Origin: Gammaproteobacteria bacterium
GTDB lineage: Bacteria > Pseudomonadota > Gammaproteobacteria > Eutrophobiales > Eutrophobiaceae
NCBI GenBank assembly: GCA_965207165.1
Contig: OZ242265.1
Coordinates: 1,501,593 to 1,565,592, forward strand
Length of the DNA: 64,000 nt
Direction of reading: 5' to 3'
The notes below the pieces were generated by a model that saw only the letters and a list, made by a program, of their open reading frames with translations, had not been told where the DNA came from and made no database searches. Below are positions 7,405 through 17,358 of the stretch, in pieces; position 1 is the stretch's first letter; each line of letters starts with the position of its first letter. The position numbers were made by a program, and so were the translations under genes.

Positions 7405-9288
7405 CTATTCAACTGTTGGTGTATACCAGATCGGTGATGTATAAGCGCGCTCCTGGAGAAACATCGGCGTTTCGGCTGCAGGTTCGTCACCGAAGATCTT
7501 TACATCGTAGGCCGTCCAGCGCGGGGTCGGAATCTCTATCACGCGCGCGTAGTACACCGCCGGCTGTGATGCATCAAATTCCGGGTCCTGCCAGAAACCA
7601 ACCAGTTGTGCATCACCTATCGAATCGGTCCAACTGGCATTGGCCACGTCCACTGTGTTCCCTACCGCAGGCAGCGTGCCGTCGTGCCTTGGTTCGCGCC
7701 GGTGCGCATCACCCCAGACCACGTTGAATATCTTCTCATGGGTCATGCCGCCGCCATCCAGCCAGCCCTTCACGATCTGGATACGGTCGAGATTACCGCT
7801 CAAGGGGTCTTTCAGCGCGGCTACCAGGAAGGTGGGGGCCTGTCGTCCCGTTTCAGGGTGCAGGGTGCCTCCCATGGGCACTCCCCCGGCATACCCCTTG
7901 GGTACCAGCATCGGCGAGTTCGCATCCTCTGCGGAAAAATGCCAACCGCCGAATAAGCGTACCGTCATGCGCGGCCCGGTGGTGGCATAGACTTCCTTGC
8001 GCTGCATCGCATCCCATATGGACTCCCGGGTATTCTCTTCCGCCCATACCGCCGCATAGCCGGACGCGCTGGTTTCCCACACCCGCCACTGAGGCAGATC
8101 CGGAGCCGCCATGGGCAAAGCCATGCGGGCCGGCTTCGGCTCGTAACTCGCGAACTTGCCGAAGAAGTTGTTTTCACCGGCAGTTGAAAGTGCTGTGTGA
8201 CTGTCCGTGGACCCCACCATACCGAATTGGTACGGGTTGACGCCGAGGGCGCGCGCCAGTTTGAGGCCGTTTTTCAGCGCCTCGCGGGCGTATTCGTATT
8301 GGAGCATGCCGGGTGTTTTCAACTTCGCTAAAGTGGCGTTGCCTCTGTCCCAGGTCTCGAAATCCGCGAATTCGTCTGTGGGAGAGAGATAGGGATGGGC
8401 CTCGCCGTCCCCTTTTATCTGAGTCACTTCGTAGAGCGGTTCCCAGCGGGCACGTGTCTGCACATATTCCGCGTCAATGGCAGCCCCCGTGTTGGGGTTG
8501 GTCTCTACCGGAAACATCTGGCCGTTGCTCAGGTTGCCGTTGTGAGCAAGCGCCAGCACCTTGCCGCCGGTCTCCTTCTCGTAGCGCTGCATCCATTTCC
8601 ACAGGTCCTGAGGATTAATGCTGTCGGCGGCCGTGAACGGTTGCGGTTTGCGCGCGCTATCCGCCCCGCCCCGGTAGAGCACATTGCGATGCAGCTTGTC
8701 TCCACCTTTCATCGGCGTCCATTCGTAACCGATAAGGGCGGTAAAGCGCCCGGGATCGTTGTACCGATCCGCCGTCTCTACGTAGCGTTCCCAGACCGAG
8801 CGCATGATCGTCTGGTCCAGGAGTGGTCCTGAATAGTCACCATCGAGCACGCGCATGATCACACGCATTGCACCCTTCGCCGCCTCGCCTCCCGCCTTGA
8901 GTCCGTTGTGCATATCCAGAAGCTCGGGATGCTCCAGCAGTGCCGGGTTGCCCAGGATCAATTGGTCCATGACCCCCAGCGCATCGGAATGATCGGATAC
9001 CACCAGAAAGTCCAGGGGACGGGCGAGGCGCACGGCCTGGCCGCTGCTGGAAACTACTTTTTCACCGCGGGCAAACCGGTACGCGTCTTCGACAGTCAAA
9101 GTTACTCCCGTCGCGCGGGCATCCAGAGAGTTGGTGGTATGCAGGTGAGTATCACCCCAGAGAGGTTGTGTCGGATAGTTCACATCTGCATAGGGCGAAT
9201 AGCGCAGCTCAGCGCCTGACGCCACAAAGGGGACAATGCAGAGCAACGAACACATGGCGACCGCTATTTTCCAGACTGCAAATTTCAT
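7405..9288 (-). CDS. Large secreted protein of unknown function (DUF3604-like)
   Basis: ATG at 9288 with RBS GGAG gives signal peptide MKFAVWKIAVAMCSLLCIVPFVASGAE; ~627 aa; HLHT metal-binding-like motif; family assignment is from memory, no domain search possible. Confidence 0.5.
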   Translation of the reverse strand: MKFAVWKIAVAMCSLLCIVPFVASGAELRYSPYADVNYPTQPLWGDTHLHTTNSLDARATGVTLTVEDAYRFARGEKVVSSSGQAVRLARPLDFLVVSDHSDALGVMDQLILGNPALLEHPELLDMHNGLKAGGEAAKGAMRVIMRVLDGDYSGPLLDQTIMRSVWERYVETADRYNDPGRFTALIGYEWTPMKGGDKLHRNVLYRGGADSARKPQPFTAADSINPQDLWKWMQRYEKETGGKVLALAHNGNLSNGQMFPVETNPNTGAAIDAEYVQTRARWEPLYEVTQIKGDGEAHPYLSPTDEFADFETWDRGNATLAKLKTPGMLQYEYAREALKNGLKLARALGVNPYQFGMVGSTDSHTALSTAGENNFFGKFASYEPKPARMALPMAAPDLPQWRVWETSASGYAAVWAEENTRESIWDAMQRKEVYATTGPRMTVRLFGGWHFSAEDANSPMLVPKGYAGGVPMGGTLHPETGRQAPTFLVAALKDPLSGNLDRIQIVKGWLDGGGMTHEKIFNVVWGDAHRREPRHDGTLPAVGNTVDVANASWTDSIGDAQLVGFWQDPEFDASQPAVYYARVIEIPTPRWTAYDVKIFGDEPAAETPMFLQERAYTSPIWYTPTVE

Positions 9289-9444
9289 CTCAAGCTCCGT
9301 GTTCAGGTACAGGGTTAATGTCATGCTGTGCGAAATTCCCAGCCCGGCCCACTTCAGTTGCTGCGGCTTGGAATTTGTATTATGCACATCCGCGCCTCTA
9401 CTACAAGTCACTTGATCTTAATTGCAGGTGAGCTTATACTTAAC

Positions 9445-9452
9445 GAACGTTC
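9445..9452. promoter_or_regulatory. 8-bp palindrome GAACGTTC just upstream of the TetR gene RBS; candidate TetR auto-operator
   Basis: Perfect palindrome 17 bp upstream of the TetR ATG in the divergent intergenic region. Confidence 0.3.
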
Positions 9453-9468
9453 AGTCAGGAGACGTTTC

Positions 9469-10050
9469 ATGAAAGCCACTGCTACACACATGCTCTCGGT
9501 CGCTGCAAAGCAGTTTGCCGAAAAGGGTTATTCAGGCGCTTCCATGCGCAACATCGCCAATGCTGTCGGGACGACCCAGGCAGCGATATACCACCATTTT
9601 CCAAACAAGAACGCCCTCTACCTGGCCGTGCTGGCCAGACATTTTGATGCTAAGTCCAGTGGCATGGCTGATGATCTGGCCCAGGTCAGTGATCCGGAAG
9701 AGCGTTTGAAAATCCTGGTGCACCGTTTGCTTGAACTGGTGGAGGAAGATGAACAGTTTCGCCAGCTCTATTTTCGCGAACTGCTGGAGAATGACGAAGA
9801 GCGTTTGCGCGTACTGGCAGACAACGTGTTTGGCGAACTGGCTGTCACCCTGACTGCTCTCCTGGAAGAACTGGCGCCGCGAATGGACTCTCACCTTATG
9901 CTGCTTTCACTCGGCGGCCTGGTTTGCCACCACCTTGAGGCGCGCAAGCTCAGTCCCTTCCTGCCGGGAGGCAAACGTAAACACCAACAGCTGGATGTGC
10001 TGGCTGAACACATTACGGAACTCCTCCTGCACGGAGTACAGCGGTCATGA
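9469..10050 (+). CDS. TetR/AcrR-family transcriptional regulator
   Basis: N-terminal HTH SMRNIANAVGTTQAAIYHHFPNK; ATG at 9469 preceded by AGGAG; stop overlaps the start of the MMPL gene (ATGA). Confidence 0.8.
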   Translation: MKATATHMLSVAAKQFAEKGYSGASMRNIANAVGTTQAAIYHHFPNKNALYLAVLARHFDAKSSGMADDLAQVSDPEERLKILVHRLLELVEEDEQFRQLYFRELLENDEERLRVLADNVFGELAVTLTALLEELAPRMDSHLMLLSLGGLVCHHLEARKLSPFLPGGKRKHQQLDVLAEHITELLLHGVQRS

Positions 10051-12488
10051 GGCAGGGAAAAAACGACTATCTGCACAAGGCCGATGAGATGTTCGGTCAC
10101 CTGGGCCTTTGGATGTATGGCCACAAACTCATCGTCCTGCTGTGCGCACTGGGATTACTGGTCACCGGTCTTTACTTCGCCGGCAAGACTCGTGCCGACA
10201 ACAGTCTGGACAGTTTTTTTGATGCGACAGACACTGCCTATAACGCCTATATAACCTACCAGGATGAGTTCGGTTCAGACGAGGTGGCTTATATCCTTTA
10301 CACGGTTCCCAACAGTCCCTACGGCCCCTTTGACCTGGACGCCATGCAGCGCATAGCGCAACTGACCGAGGCCCTGGAATACGAGGTGCCTTTCGTAAGG
10401 GACGTAACCAGCCTGAGTAACGTGGAGTTCATCACTGCGGATGGCGATTTCCTTGAGATCCACGAGTTGGCGCTGGATATGCCGGAGGACCAGGCCGGCC
10501 TGCTGGAACGCGGTCAGGCGATGATGCAAAAGCCCAGTTACCGTGGCGCCATCGTCAACAACGAGGCCACCCATGGCGCTATCATCCTGGAAATGACTAT
10601 TGCCATCAACGATCCGCTGGACGAAATAAGACTGGACCCGGAAGGTGGCGACGGGCTGGCCAACCTGTATCCGCAGGCGGCCAAACACAAGATCGACGAG
10701 ATCCTGTCCCGGCCGGAATACACCGGTATTGATTTTTACCTGGGCGGTGATGTCCAGATGAGCACGGCCTACAACGAGACCATCACACGTGACACGGTCC
10801 GGCAAACCCTGTTGACACTGGCCCTGGTCAGTATCATTGCCATGATATGCTTCCGCATGCAGCTTCTGGGGCTGGCCGGGCCGCTTTCAGTTGTGATTCT
10901 CGCCCTGATCCTGACCATAGGCTTCATGGGCCTGATCGGCTACGAGATGGGGATTCTGTTCCTTATTGTGCCCACCTTCCTGACCGCCATCGGTGTTGCG
11001 CAGTCGGTACACCTGATCACCGAATTCAACCTGATGCGCGCCCGGGGCCTGGACCGGCGAGAGGCAGTAAAACAGGCCATGGAACACGTGGCCATGCCCT
11101 GCCTCCTGGCAGCATTTACCACGGCGGCAGCGTTCCTGGTCATGGCGACCTCTAAACTGCGCGCCTTGTCGGAAATAGCCGTGTACCAGAGCGTTGGTGT
11201 GATGCTTGCCTTCCTTGCCAGCATCACCGTCATGGTCTGTTACATGTCCATGGGCAAAGACAGACCGCACAAATCACTCGATCCGTCGGAGAGGAAGTCC
11301 GGCCTGTTGTATTATCTCCTCCACCGCGTTGCAGCATTGAACCTTAAGCGTCCCTTCGCCATCATGGCGGTGTTCGGTGTAATTCTGACAGGTTCCATGA
11401 TCGGGATCGGCAAACTGCACGTAGGCTTCAACTTCCTGGAGGAATTCAAACCACATACCCGGTTCCGGCTGGATACCGACCACATACAAAACGTGATGGG
11501 CGGCATGCTTAACGTGGTTTTCATCTACGACAGCGGTAAGGCCGACGGCATCAAGAGCAGCGAGATGCTTGCTCACCTTGAAGGGCTCCAGGCCTATGCT
11601 GAGCGGTCAACCATTGTCGAAAAGAGCTACTCTGTGGTCGATATTCTCAAGGATATAAACCAGAGTTTTCACGGTGATGACCCGGCCTACTACCGACTGC
11701 CGGAAAGCGGCGAGTTAATCGCACAGTACCTGTTGTTGTATGAGATCTCCGGTGGCGAAGAACTCAGTGATTTCGTAAGTGGCGACTACCGCCGGACTGC
11801 CCTGGAACTGCGGGTGGATATTACTGATTCGAGACATATCAAGGCCTTGATCGACGACCTGGAGCGCTATATGGCGGCGCACCCTGTATCCGGCGCAGAG
11901 ATCCGGATCACAGGCATGGGTTTATTATGGGTCAGGTTAGCCAGTTATATCGCCGAGAGCCAGATGTGGGGCTACGGGCTTGCCTTCATCATCATCGCCC
12001 TGGTAATGTGCCTGGCTTTCCGTTCAGTGAAAGTTGGCCTGCTTGTCATGATTCCCAACCTGTTTCCTGCTGTTCTGGTTCTGGGCTTTATGGGCTTGAA
12101 CGGCATGCAACTGGACTATTTCAAGCTGATGCTGGCGACGGTAGCCATCGGTATCGCGGTTGACGACACGGTGCACATTTCCACCCGCATACGAAAAGAG
12201 TTCCACCGTTCCGGCAACTACGAGGAAGCCATTCGGACCAGCCTGTTGAGCACGGGCCGGGCTCTTGTCATTACCACTATCATCCTTTCACTGTCCTTCC
12301 TTGTATACACGGTTTCCGATATGGCAATACTGGCAGATTTCGGGATACTGCTATCTGCCACCATGGTTTCGGCATTGGTCGCCGACCTGTTCCTGTTACC
12401 TTGCCTGGTGCTGGTGCTGAAGCCCTTTGGGCCGGAATACGAACCGGCCACTGTCAGTGATCCGGCGCCCGCAACCCACACATTATGA
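10047..12488 (+). CDS. RND-superfamily MMPL-type transporter (two 6-TM bundles plus periplasmic domains)
   Basis: 813 aa; two repeated hydrophobic blocks with periplasmic loops in the MMPL/HpnN-like architecture; in an operon with TetR and a LolA-like protein. Confidence 0.75.
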   Translation: MRQGKNDYLHKADEMFGHLGLWMYGHKLIVLLCALGLLVTGLYFAGKTRADNSLDSFFDATDTAYNAYITYQDEFGSDEVAYILYTVPNSPYGPFDLDAMQRIAQLTEALEYEVPFVRDVTSLSNVEFITADGDFLEIHELALDMPEDQAGLLERGQAMMQKPSYRGAIVNNEATHGAIILEMTIAINDPLDEIRLDPEGGDGLANLYPQAAKHKIDEILSRPEYTGIDFYLGGDVQMSTAYNETITRDTVRQTLLTLALVSIIAMICFRMQLLGLAGPLSVVILALILTIGFMGLIGYEMGILFLIVPTFLTAIGVAQSVHLITEFNLMRARGLDRREAVKQAMEHVAMPCLLAAFTTAAAFLVMATSKLRALSEIAVYQSVGVMLAFLASITVMVCYMSMGKDRPHKSLDPSERKSGLLYYLLHRVAALNLKRPFAIMAVFGVILTGSMIGIGKLHVGFNFLEEFKPHTRFRLDTDHIQNVMGGMLNVVFIYDSGKADGIKSSEMLAHLEGLQAYAERSTIVEKSYSVVDILKDINQSFHGDDPAYYRLPESGELIAQYLLLYEISGGEELSDFVSGDYRRTALELRVDITDSRHIKALIDDLERYMAAHPVSGAEIRITGMGLLWVRLASYIAESQMWGYGLAFIIIALVMCLAFRSVKVGLLVMIPNLFPAVLVLGFMGLNGMQLDYFKLMLATVAIGIAVDDTVHISTRIRKEFHRSGNYEEAIRTSLLSTGRALVITTIILSLSFLVYTVSDMAILADFGILLSATMVSALVADLFLLPCLVLVLKPFGPEYEPATVSDPAPATHTL

Positions 12489-12497
12489 GAGATCGTC

Positions 12498-13295
12498 ATG
12501 TTTGCAAAGAAATACATGTATTTGATTACCCTGGCCATGAGCTCCCCGGCGCTTGCACAGGCGGTCCATGATCGGGACGCCGTGGAAAAAGGCATCGCCA
12601 TCGCCGCCGAAGCAGATCGCCGCGACAGCGGTTACGTGGACAGCGAGGAGTCATTCACCATGGTGCTGCGGGACAGCAAGGGGCGCGAACGTTTTCGTAC
12701 CCTGCGCACGAAAACCCTGGAACGCACTGATGACGGCGACTGGAGCCTGACCATCTTCGACGAACCGGCGGACGTTAAAGGCACCGCCATGCTCACCTAC
12801 AGCCACGGCCTGGAGCCTGACGACCAGTGGCTTTACCTGCCGGCCTTAAAACGCGTGAAACGAATTTCCTCCAAAAATCGCTCCGGGCCGTTCATGGGCA
12901 GCGAGTTTGCCTTTGAGGATTTGAGCGACTTCGAGTTGGAAAAATACAGCTATCGATACCTGCGTGATGAGCCGTGTGGCGAGCACAGCTGTTTTGTCTC
13001 CGAGTGGGTGCCCGCCTATGAGCACTCCGGTTACACCCGGATCGAAGTCTGGCACGACCGGGAGGAATACCGTGAGCAGAAAATAGAGTTCTACGATAAA
13101 GTCGGCAAGCACCTGAAAACACTGGTGCTTAACGACTACTCACTTTACCGGGAACGCTTCTGGCGCCCCCTGAAGATGGAGATGACCAACCACAAGACAG
13201 GCAAGGCCACCCTGCTCCACTTCAACAATATTGAGTTGGGAGCAGGTCTGACCGAGCGTGAGTTCGACCAGAACTCCCTCAGGCGTGCCAAGTAA
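12498..13295 (+). CDS. Outer-membrane lipoprotein-sorting (LolA-like) periplasmic protein
   Basis: 265 aa; signal peptide MFAKKYMYLITLAMSSPALAQA; LolA-like family usually paired with MMPL transporters. Confidence 0.6.
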   Translation: MFAKKYMYLITLAMSSPALAQAVHDRDAVEKGIAIAAEADRRDSGYVDSEESFTMVLRDSKGRERFRTLRTKTLERTDDGDWSLTIFDEPADVKGTAMLTYSHGLEPDDQWLYLPALKRVKRISSKNRSGPFMGSEFAFEDLSDFELEKYSYRYLRDEPCGEHSCFVSEWVPAYEHSGYTRIEVWHDREEYREQKIEFYDKVGKHLKTLVLNDYSLYRERFWRPLKMEMTNHKTGKATLLHFNNIELGAGLTEREFDQNSLRRAK

Positions 13296-14514
13296 CCGTT
13301 TCGGTACGGGCGCCAGGCTATCCGGCGCTATTCTGGCCGGTATCCTGGCTACACCCGCCGCCATTGCAATGGATCCGGAGAAAATGCAGTGGTCCGGCCA
13401 CGTGGGCGGGGAGTACCGGTATTTCACGGATGCCGGCGCCGGCGGGGCGCGCTACCAGCACAATGTTTCCCTTGTCGCCGAACCGGAGCTTTACTATCCC
13501 GTCCGCGCCTCCGGCGACAGCCTGCGTCTCACGGCGTTCCTGCGCCTGGACGAGCACGATGATGAGCGCTCCCATGGTGACATACGCGAAATGAAATGGC
13601 ACAAGGTGGCGGACCGCTGGGAATTGACCCTGGGAGTCGACCGGATATTCTGGGGTGTCACCGAGACCATTCACCTGGTCAATATCATAAACCAGCAGGA
13701 CTTTGTGGAGAACCCGGATGGCGAGGACCTGCTCGGGCAACCCATGATACGCCTCGATCTTGTGCGGGACTGGGGAACACTGGGTTTATTTGTCCTGCCC
13801 TACTTCCGTGAACGTTCCTATCCCGGCACAGAAGGACGCCCGGGATCCGCCCTCGTGGTGGACACCGACAATCCCGTTTATGAGTCCGGCACGGAACAAT
13901 GGCACACGGACTTTGCCCTGCGCTGGAGCCACTATATCGGCAACTGGGACCTGGGCGCTTCCTATTTCTACGGCACCAGCCGCGAGCCGCGCTTCGACCC
14001 GATGTTCTCAAGCATAACGAAGCAAGGCGTAACAACCCTGCGGCCTGTCTACGATATCATTCACCAGGCGGGGGTTGACGTGCAGGGCACCTTCGATGCG
14101 TGGTTGTGGAAGCTGGAGGCCATCTACCGGGATGGGCAGGACGATGCGTTTTTCGCCGGCGCCGTCGGACTGGAATACACCTTCTTCGATATCTCCGGCT
14201 ACGGTATCGATATCGGCCTGGTCACCGAGTATCTCTACGATGAGCGGAATTTTTTCATCAGTACCGATAATGATCTCAGCCTGGGCATGAGACTGACGTT
14301 GAACGATATCGATTCGACCGAATTTCTGGCCGCCGTGGTGCAGGACCTGGACAATCAGTCACGCTATTTCTTTGTGGAGGCCAGCCGGCGTATCGGGGAT
14401 TCCTTCAAACTCTCCGTGGAAGCCCGCGGCATTAACAACGTCGCTGAGGGTGACCCCCTGCAATTCTATGACGGCGACAATTTTGTCCAGGTGGAGCTGG
14501 CGTACTACTTCTGA
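13258..14514 (+). CDS. Outer-membrane beta-barrel protein, partner of the MMPL/LolA-like system
   Basis: Signal-peptide-like N-terminus (...AILAGILATPAAIA); alternating beta-strand pattern; C-terminal YYF; start ambiguous between GTG 13258 and GTG 13285. Confidence 0.55.
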   Translation: MSSTRTPSGVPSNRFGTGARLSGAILAGILATPAAIAMDPEKMQWSGHVGGEYRYFTDAGAGGARYQHNVSLVAEPELYYPVRASGDSLRLTAFLRLDEHDDERSHGDIREMKWHKVADRWELTLGVDRIFWGVTETIHLVNIINQQDFVENPDGEDLLGQPMIRLDLVRDWGTLGLFVLPYFRERSYPGTEGRPGSALVVDTDNPVYESGTEQWHTDFALRWSHYIGNWDLGASYFYGTSREPRFDPMFSSITKQGVTTLRPVYDIIHQAGVDVQGTFDAWLWKLEAIYRDGQDDAFFAGAVGLEYTFFDISGYGIDIGLVTEYLYDERNFFISTDNDLSLGMRLTLNDIDSTEFLAAVVQDLDNQSRYFFVEASRRIGDSFKLSVEARGINNVAEGDPLQFYDGDNFVQVELAYYF

Positions 14515-14530
14515 AATTATGCCTCCGGTT
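14508..14530. repeat. 22/23-bp direct repeat (tatgcctccggttggctcYcagt), left copy
   Basis: Second copy at 17245..17267; together they flank a lower-GC 2.7-kb cassette. Confidence 0.7.
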
Positions 14531-14728
14531 GGCTCTCAGTGTTCTTACAATGTCGTCAACGCCGAAATTTCTCTAAGTAGTGCCGACGAAAGGTGGAAAT
14601 TTAAAATTTGGGCAAAAAATCTGTTTGAAGAAGACTATTCCATATTTACCAACACAGGTCAGTTTGGTGATCTGGTGGCATTTGCACCACCACGCGTTGC
14701 GGGTGCCGGAGTACAATTTAATTTCTAA
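14520..14728 (+). pseudogene. C-terminal remnant (~69 aa) of a TonB-dependent receptor
   Basis: YNVVNAEISLSSADERWKFKIWAKNLFEEDY...AGAGVQFNF aligns with the C-termini of the intact receptors at 18258 and 46344 (xxIWGKNLxxEEY...F); no plug or barrel upstream; AT-rich. Confidence 0.7.
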
Positions 14729-14748
14729 TATTCTTACGACATCTTCAT

Positions 14749-15843
14749 CTATTCATCCATTTTTAATATAGGTTTGATTGTTTTACCGGAATGGGTGTCG
14801 GCAACCGCTTCGTTGATCTGCTCCAACGAATAAAAACCCGCGAGCTTGTCCATTGGGAATGAACCGTCAAGATACATTTCTATCAGTTGCGGAATAATTG
14901 CAACTGGATCGCAATCACCATTTACCACACCACGAATGACTTTACCGCTTATCAGTGGTAGCACATTTAGTGTAACCTGCGGTTCCTTCGAGGCACCAAG
15001 CAAGGTCAATGTTCCACGTGTTTTTAAAGCGTCAGCCGCAGTAGAGATAAGCGCCGGTACACCGCTGGTATCAACACCTTGATCAATCCCACCCAGTTCT
15101 GCCAGTTCGCTGGCAAGATCCTGGTCCGTAGTATTAATAGAATCACTGGCTCCAAGCTCACGCGCCAAAGCAAGACGGCTCTCAACTCGGTCCACTGCAA
15201 TAATTTTGCCTGTATTCGTGGCTTTCGCAGCCATCAAGGCCGCCATACCGACGGCACCGGTGCCAAATACAGCAAGTGTCGTGTCCGGCCCTGGTTTTAA
15301 TACATTCATCACTGTACCGGCACCTGTTAAATAACCACAGCCTAGTGGCCCCATGAGCTCCAGTGGTACGTCCTTACGGATCTTGATGGCATTCCGCGCC
15401 TGCGCCAGAGAGTAAGTTGCAAAGGAAGACTGGGAAAAAAAACCACCGCCAATGGCTTCTCCACTTTCGGCATGCAATGTGGGTGAACCATCCAGACGAC
15501 GCCCCATGAAATTTAAAGGCATGTACTGCTCACAATAGGCTGGGTGTGAATCGCTACAGGGAGCACAGGCCCCGCAGGTATTGAATGTAAGAACGACGTG
15601 ATCACCCGGCTCATAGCCGCTGACATTGGCCCCCACTTTTTCGACTACACCTGCACCTTCATGTCCAAGTACAAAGGGAAGCGGCAAAGGCATGATCTGG
15701 TCGACGATTGACAAATCCGTATGACAAATTCCAGTGGCGACGATCTGCACCAATAATTCATCGTCATTTGGGTCTGCCAGATCTATTCCTTCTACACTAA
15801 ATTGACCTCCTGCCTCCCGTGCAACAGCAGCTTTTATTTTCAT
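14749..15843 (-). CDS. Zinc-dependent alcohol dehydrogenase (MDR family; aryl/benzyl-alcohol-dehydrogenase-like)
   Basis: 364 aa; GHEGAGVVEKVG, Zn-ligand C/H pattern, CxxCxxC structural-Zn motif and GTGAVG NAD-binding motif. Confidence 0.8.
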   Translation of the reverse strand: MKIKAAVAREAGGQFSVEGIDLADPNDDELLVQIVATGICHTDLSIVDQIMPLPLPFVLGHEGAGVVEKVGANVSGYEPGDHVVLTFNTCGACAPCSDSHPAYCEQYMPLNFMGRRLDGSPTLHAESGEAIGGGFFSQSSFATYSLAQARNAIKIRKDVPLELMGPLGCGYLTGAGTVMNVLKPGPDTTLAVFGTGAVGMAALMAAKATNTGKIIAVDRVESRLALARELGASDSINTTDQDLASELAELGGIDQGVDTSGVPALISTAADALKTRGTLTLLGASKEPQVTLNVLPLISGKVIRGVVNGDCDPVAIIPQLIEMYLDGSFPMDKLAGFYSLEQINEAVADTHSGKTIKPILKMDE

Positions 15844-15869
15844 ATTACTTCCCCCTGAGTCCGTCTTGC

Positions 15870-17117
15870 TTAATTACGTTCGCTTATTATCATTGGTAGT
15901 GTTTCAAGACCCCGGAAGGTCATGGGCGGTGAAAAATCCAACTCATCATTTACCAAACTAAATTCAAAACGCTCGATAAAGGCAGGAAAAAATTCACTCA
16001 ATACCATCTTTGCAAGGCGAAGACCAATACAGTGATGCATGCCCGGTGCAAATACCAGGTTTTGGCCCTGATCCCGTTCAAAATTAAATTCATGAGGCTC
16101 AGCAAACACAGACGGATCCTGGTTTGCTGCACTTTGAAAAAGCAACACAAATTGTCCTTTCTTTATTATATTTCCATCCCACTCAAAATCTTCCGCGACA
16201 ACCCGAGACATGAAGGTCGACATCTGTGCGCGCCGTTGAATCTCCATTATCGCGTCTATGTCAATATCGTCGGATTGTCGTAACTTGTCGATAGCTTCAG
16301 GCTGACGAGCCAGTTCAGCCACACCCAATGCCATGGTATTCACAGTCGTGTCATGACCGGCAATCAACACAATATGGCAAACGCCAAGCATCTCTTCCTC
16401 TGTTAACTTATCTCCCGCATCAACCGCCAATACCAATTCGGAAATAAAATCGCCGGTGGGATTTTTGCGTTTTTCCTCAAACTTGGGTTTGAATAATTCG
16501 TTCAACTCATTGATGACGCCGTCAACCTTGAATAATTGCTCAAGCGGTACATTGATGTTACCGATGGTATTCAAGTCGATTGACCAGCGTTGCATCTCGT
16601 TAATCAATGTATCGTCAAAGTCACAGACCTTCAGGATCATGCGAGCCGGAATGATGCGTGCCACGTTTTCAACAAATTCAACCGGGCCATCTATTTCTGC
16701 AACCGCATCCAGCGCCTCCTTAATATAGCGCTGCACATCAGGACGAATCGCTTCTACCACTGCGCGCCCAAATGCCCTTTGAATCAAGCGACGTATTCTC
16801 TGGTGCTCGTCACCGTCCATGTTCAGCAGCCAGGTCTTCGGCGTCTGCATCACAGCAGGAATCTGCGTCCTCTCTTCATCGCTCAGGTGTGCGGTGGCAA
16901 AAAACGGCAACCTCTCATTGGATAGTGGGAGTTTTCCCGAATAACCCCTGAGAACTTCGCGATGACCCGTCACCATCCAGGCCTGGTTGATCTCACTCCA
17001 GTATATCGGGCTGGTCTTTCGTAAATCGTCCAGGCGTTCTGTCAGGGAACTACCCAGGCTCTGTATGTCCAGTGGGAAATCCAGCTCGCTGGCAACACTT
17101 TGACTAGGACCGGTCAT
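15870..17117 (-). CDS. Cytochrome P450 monooxygenase
   Basis: 415 aa; heme-binding FAPGMHHCIGLRLA, ExxR and AGHDTT I-helix motifs. Confidence 0.85.
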   Translation of the reverse strand: MTGPSQSVASELDFPLDIQSLGSSLTERLDDLRKTSPIYWSEINQAWMVTGHREVLRGYSGKLPLSNERLPFFATAHLSDEERTQIPAVMQTPKTWLLNMDGDEHQRIRRLIQRAFGRAVVEAIRPDVQRYIKEALDAVAEIDGPVEFVENVARIIPARMILKVCDFDDTLINEMQRWSIDLNTIGNINVPLEQLFKVDGVINELNELFKPKFEEKRKNPTGDFISELVLAVDAGDKLTEEEMLGVCHIVLIAGHDTTVNTMALGVAELARQPEAIDKLRQSDDIDIDAIMEIQRRAQMSTFMSRVVAEDFEWDGNIIKKGQFVLLFQSAANQDPSVFAEPHEFNFERDQGQNLVFAPGMHHCIGLRLAKMVLSEFFPAFIERFEFSLVNDELDFSPPMTFRGLETLPMIISERN

Positions 17118-17244
17118 GTCTAAAACTCCTTGCGGGATGTTTAGGAACGAATAATTTCAGCCCATATTATAACAAACGCTATACAAAAAAGTTATCACCA
17201 GCCCGGATGTTGTGCAAGTAACTTATAAGGCGCAGTAATTGGGT

Positions 17245-17267
17245 ATGCCTCCGGTTGGCTCCCAGTA
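17245..17267. repeat. 22/23-bp direct repeat, right copy
   Basis: See 14508..14530. Confidence 0.7.
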
Positions 17268-17358
17268 CGTTCGTTGAGTTTAACGGGCAGGCGTTCAAGG
17301 CCGCGCAACGACATGGCAGGAGAGAATACAAAGTCCAGACTATCCCGTATCCGGTCAG

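Noticed and set aside
14372-14519. N-terminal part of the 118-aa ORF 14372..14728
   Set aside because: It overlaps the 3' end of the OM-barrel gene in another frame. Only the part from 14520 onward shows TonB-receptor similarity.
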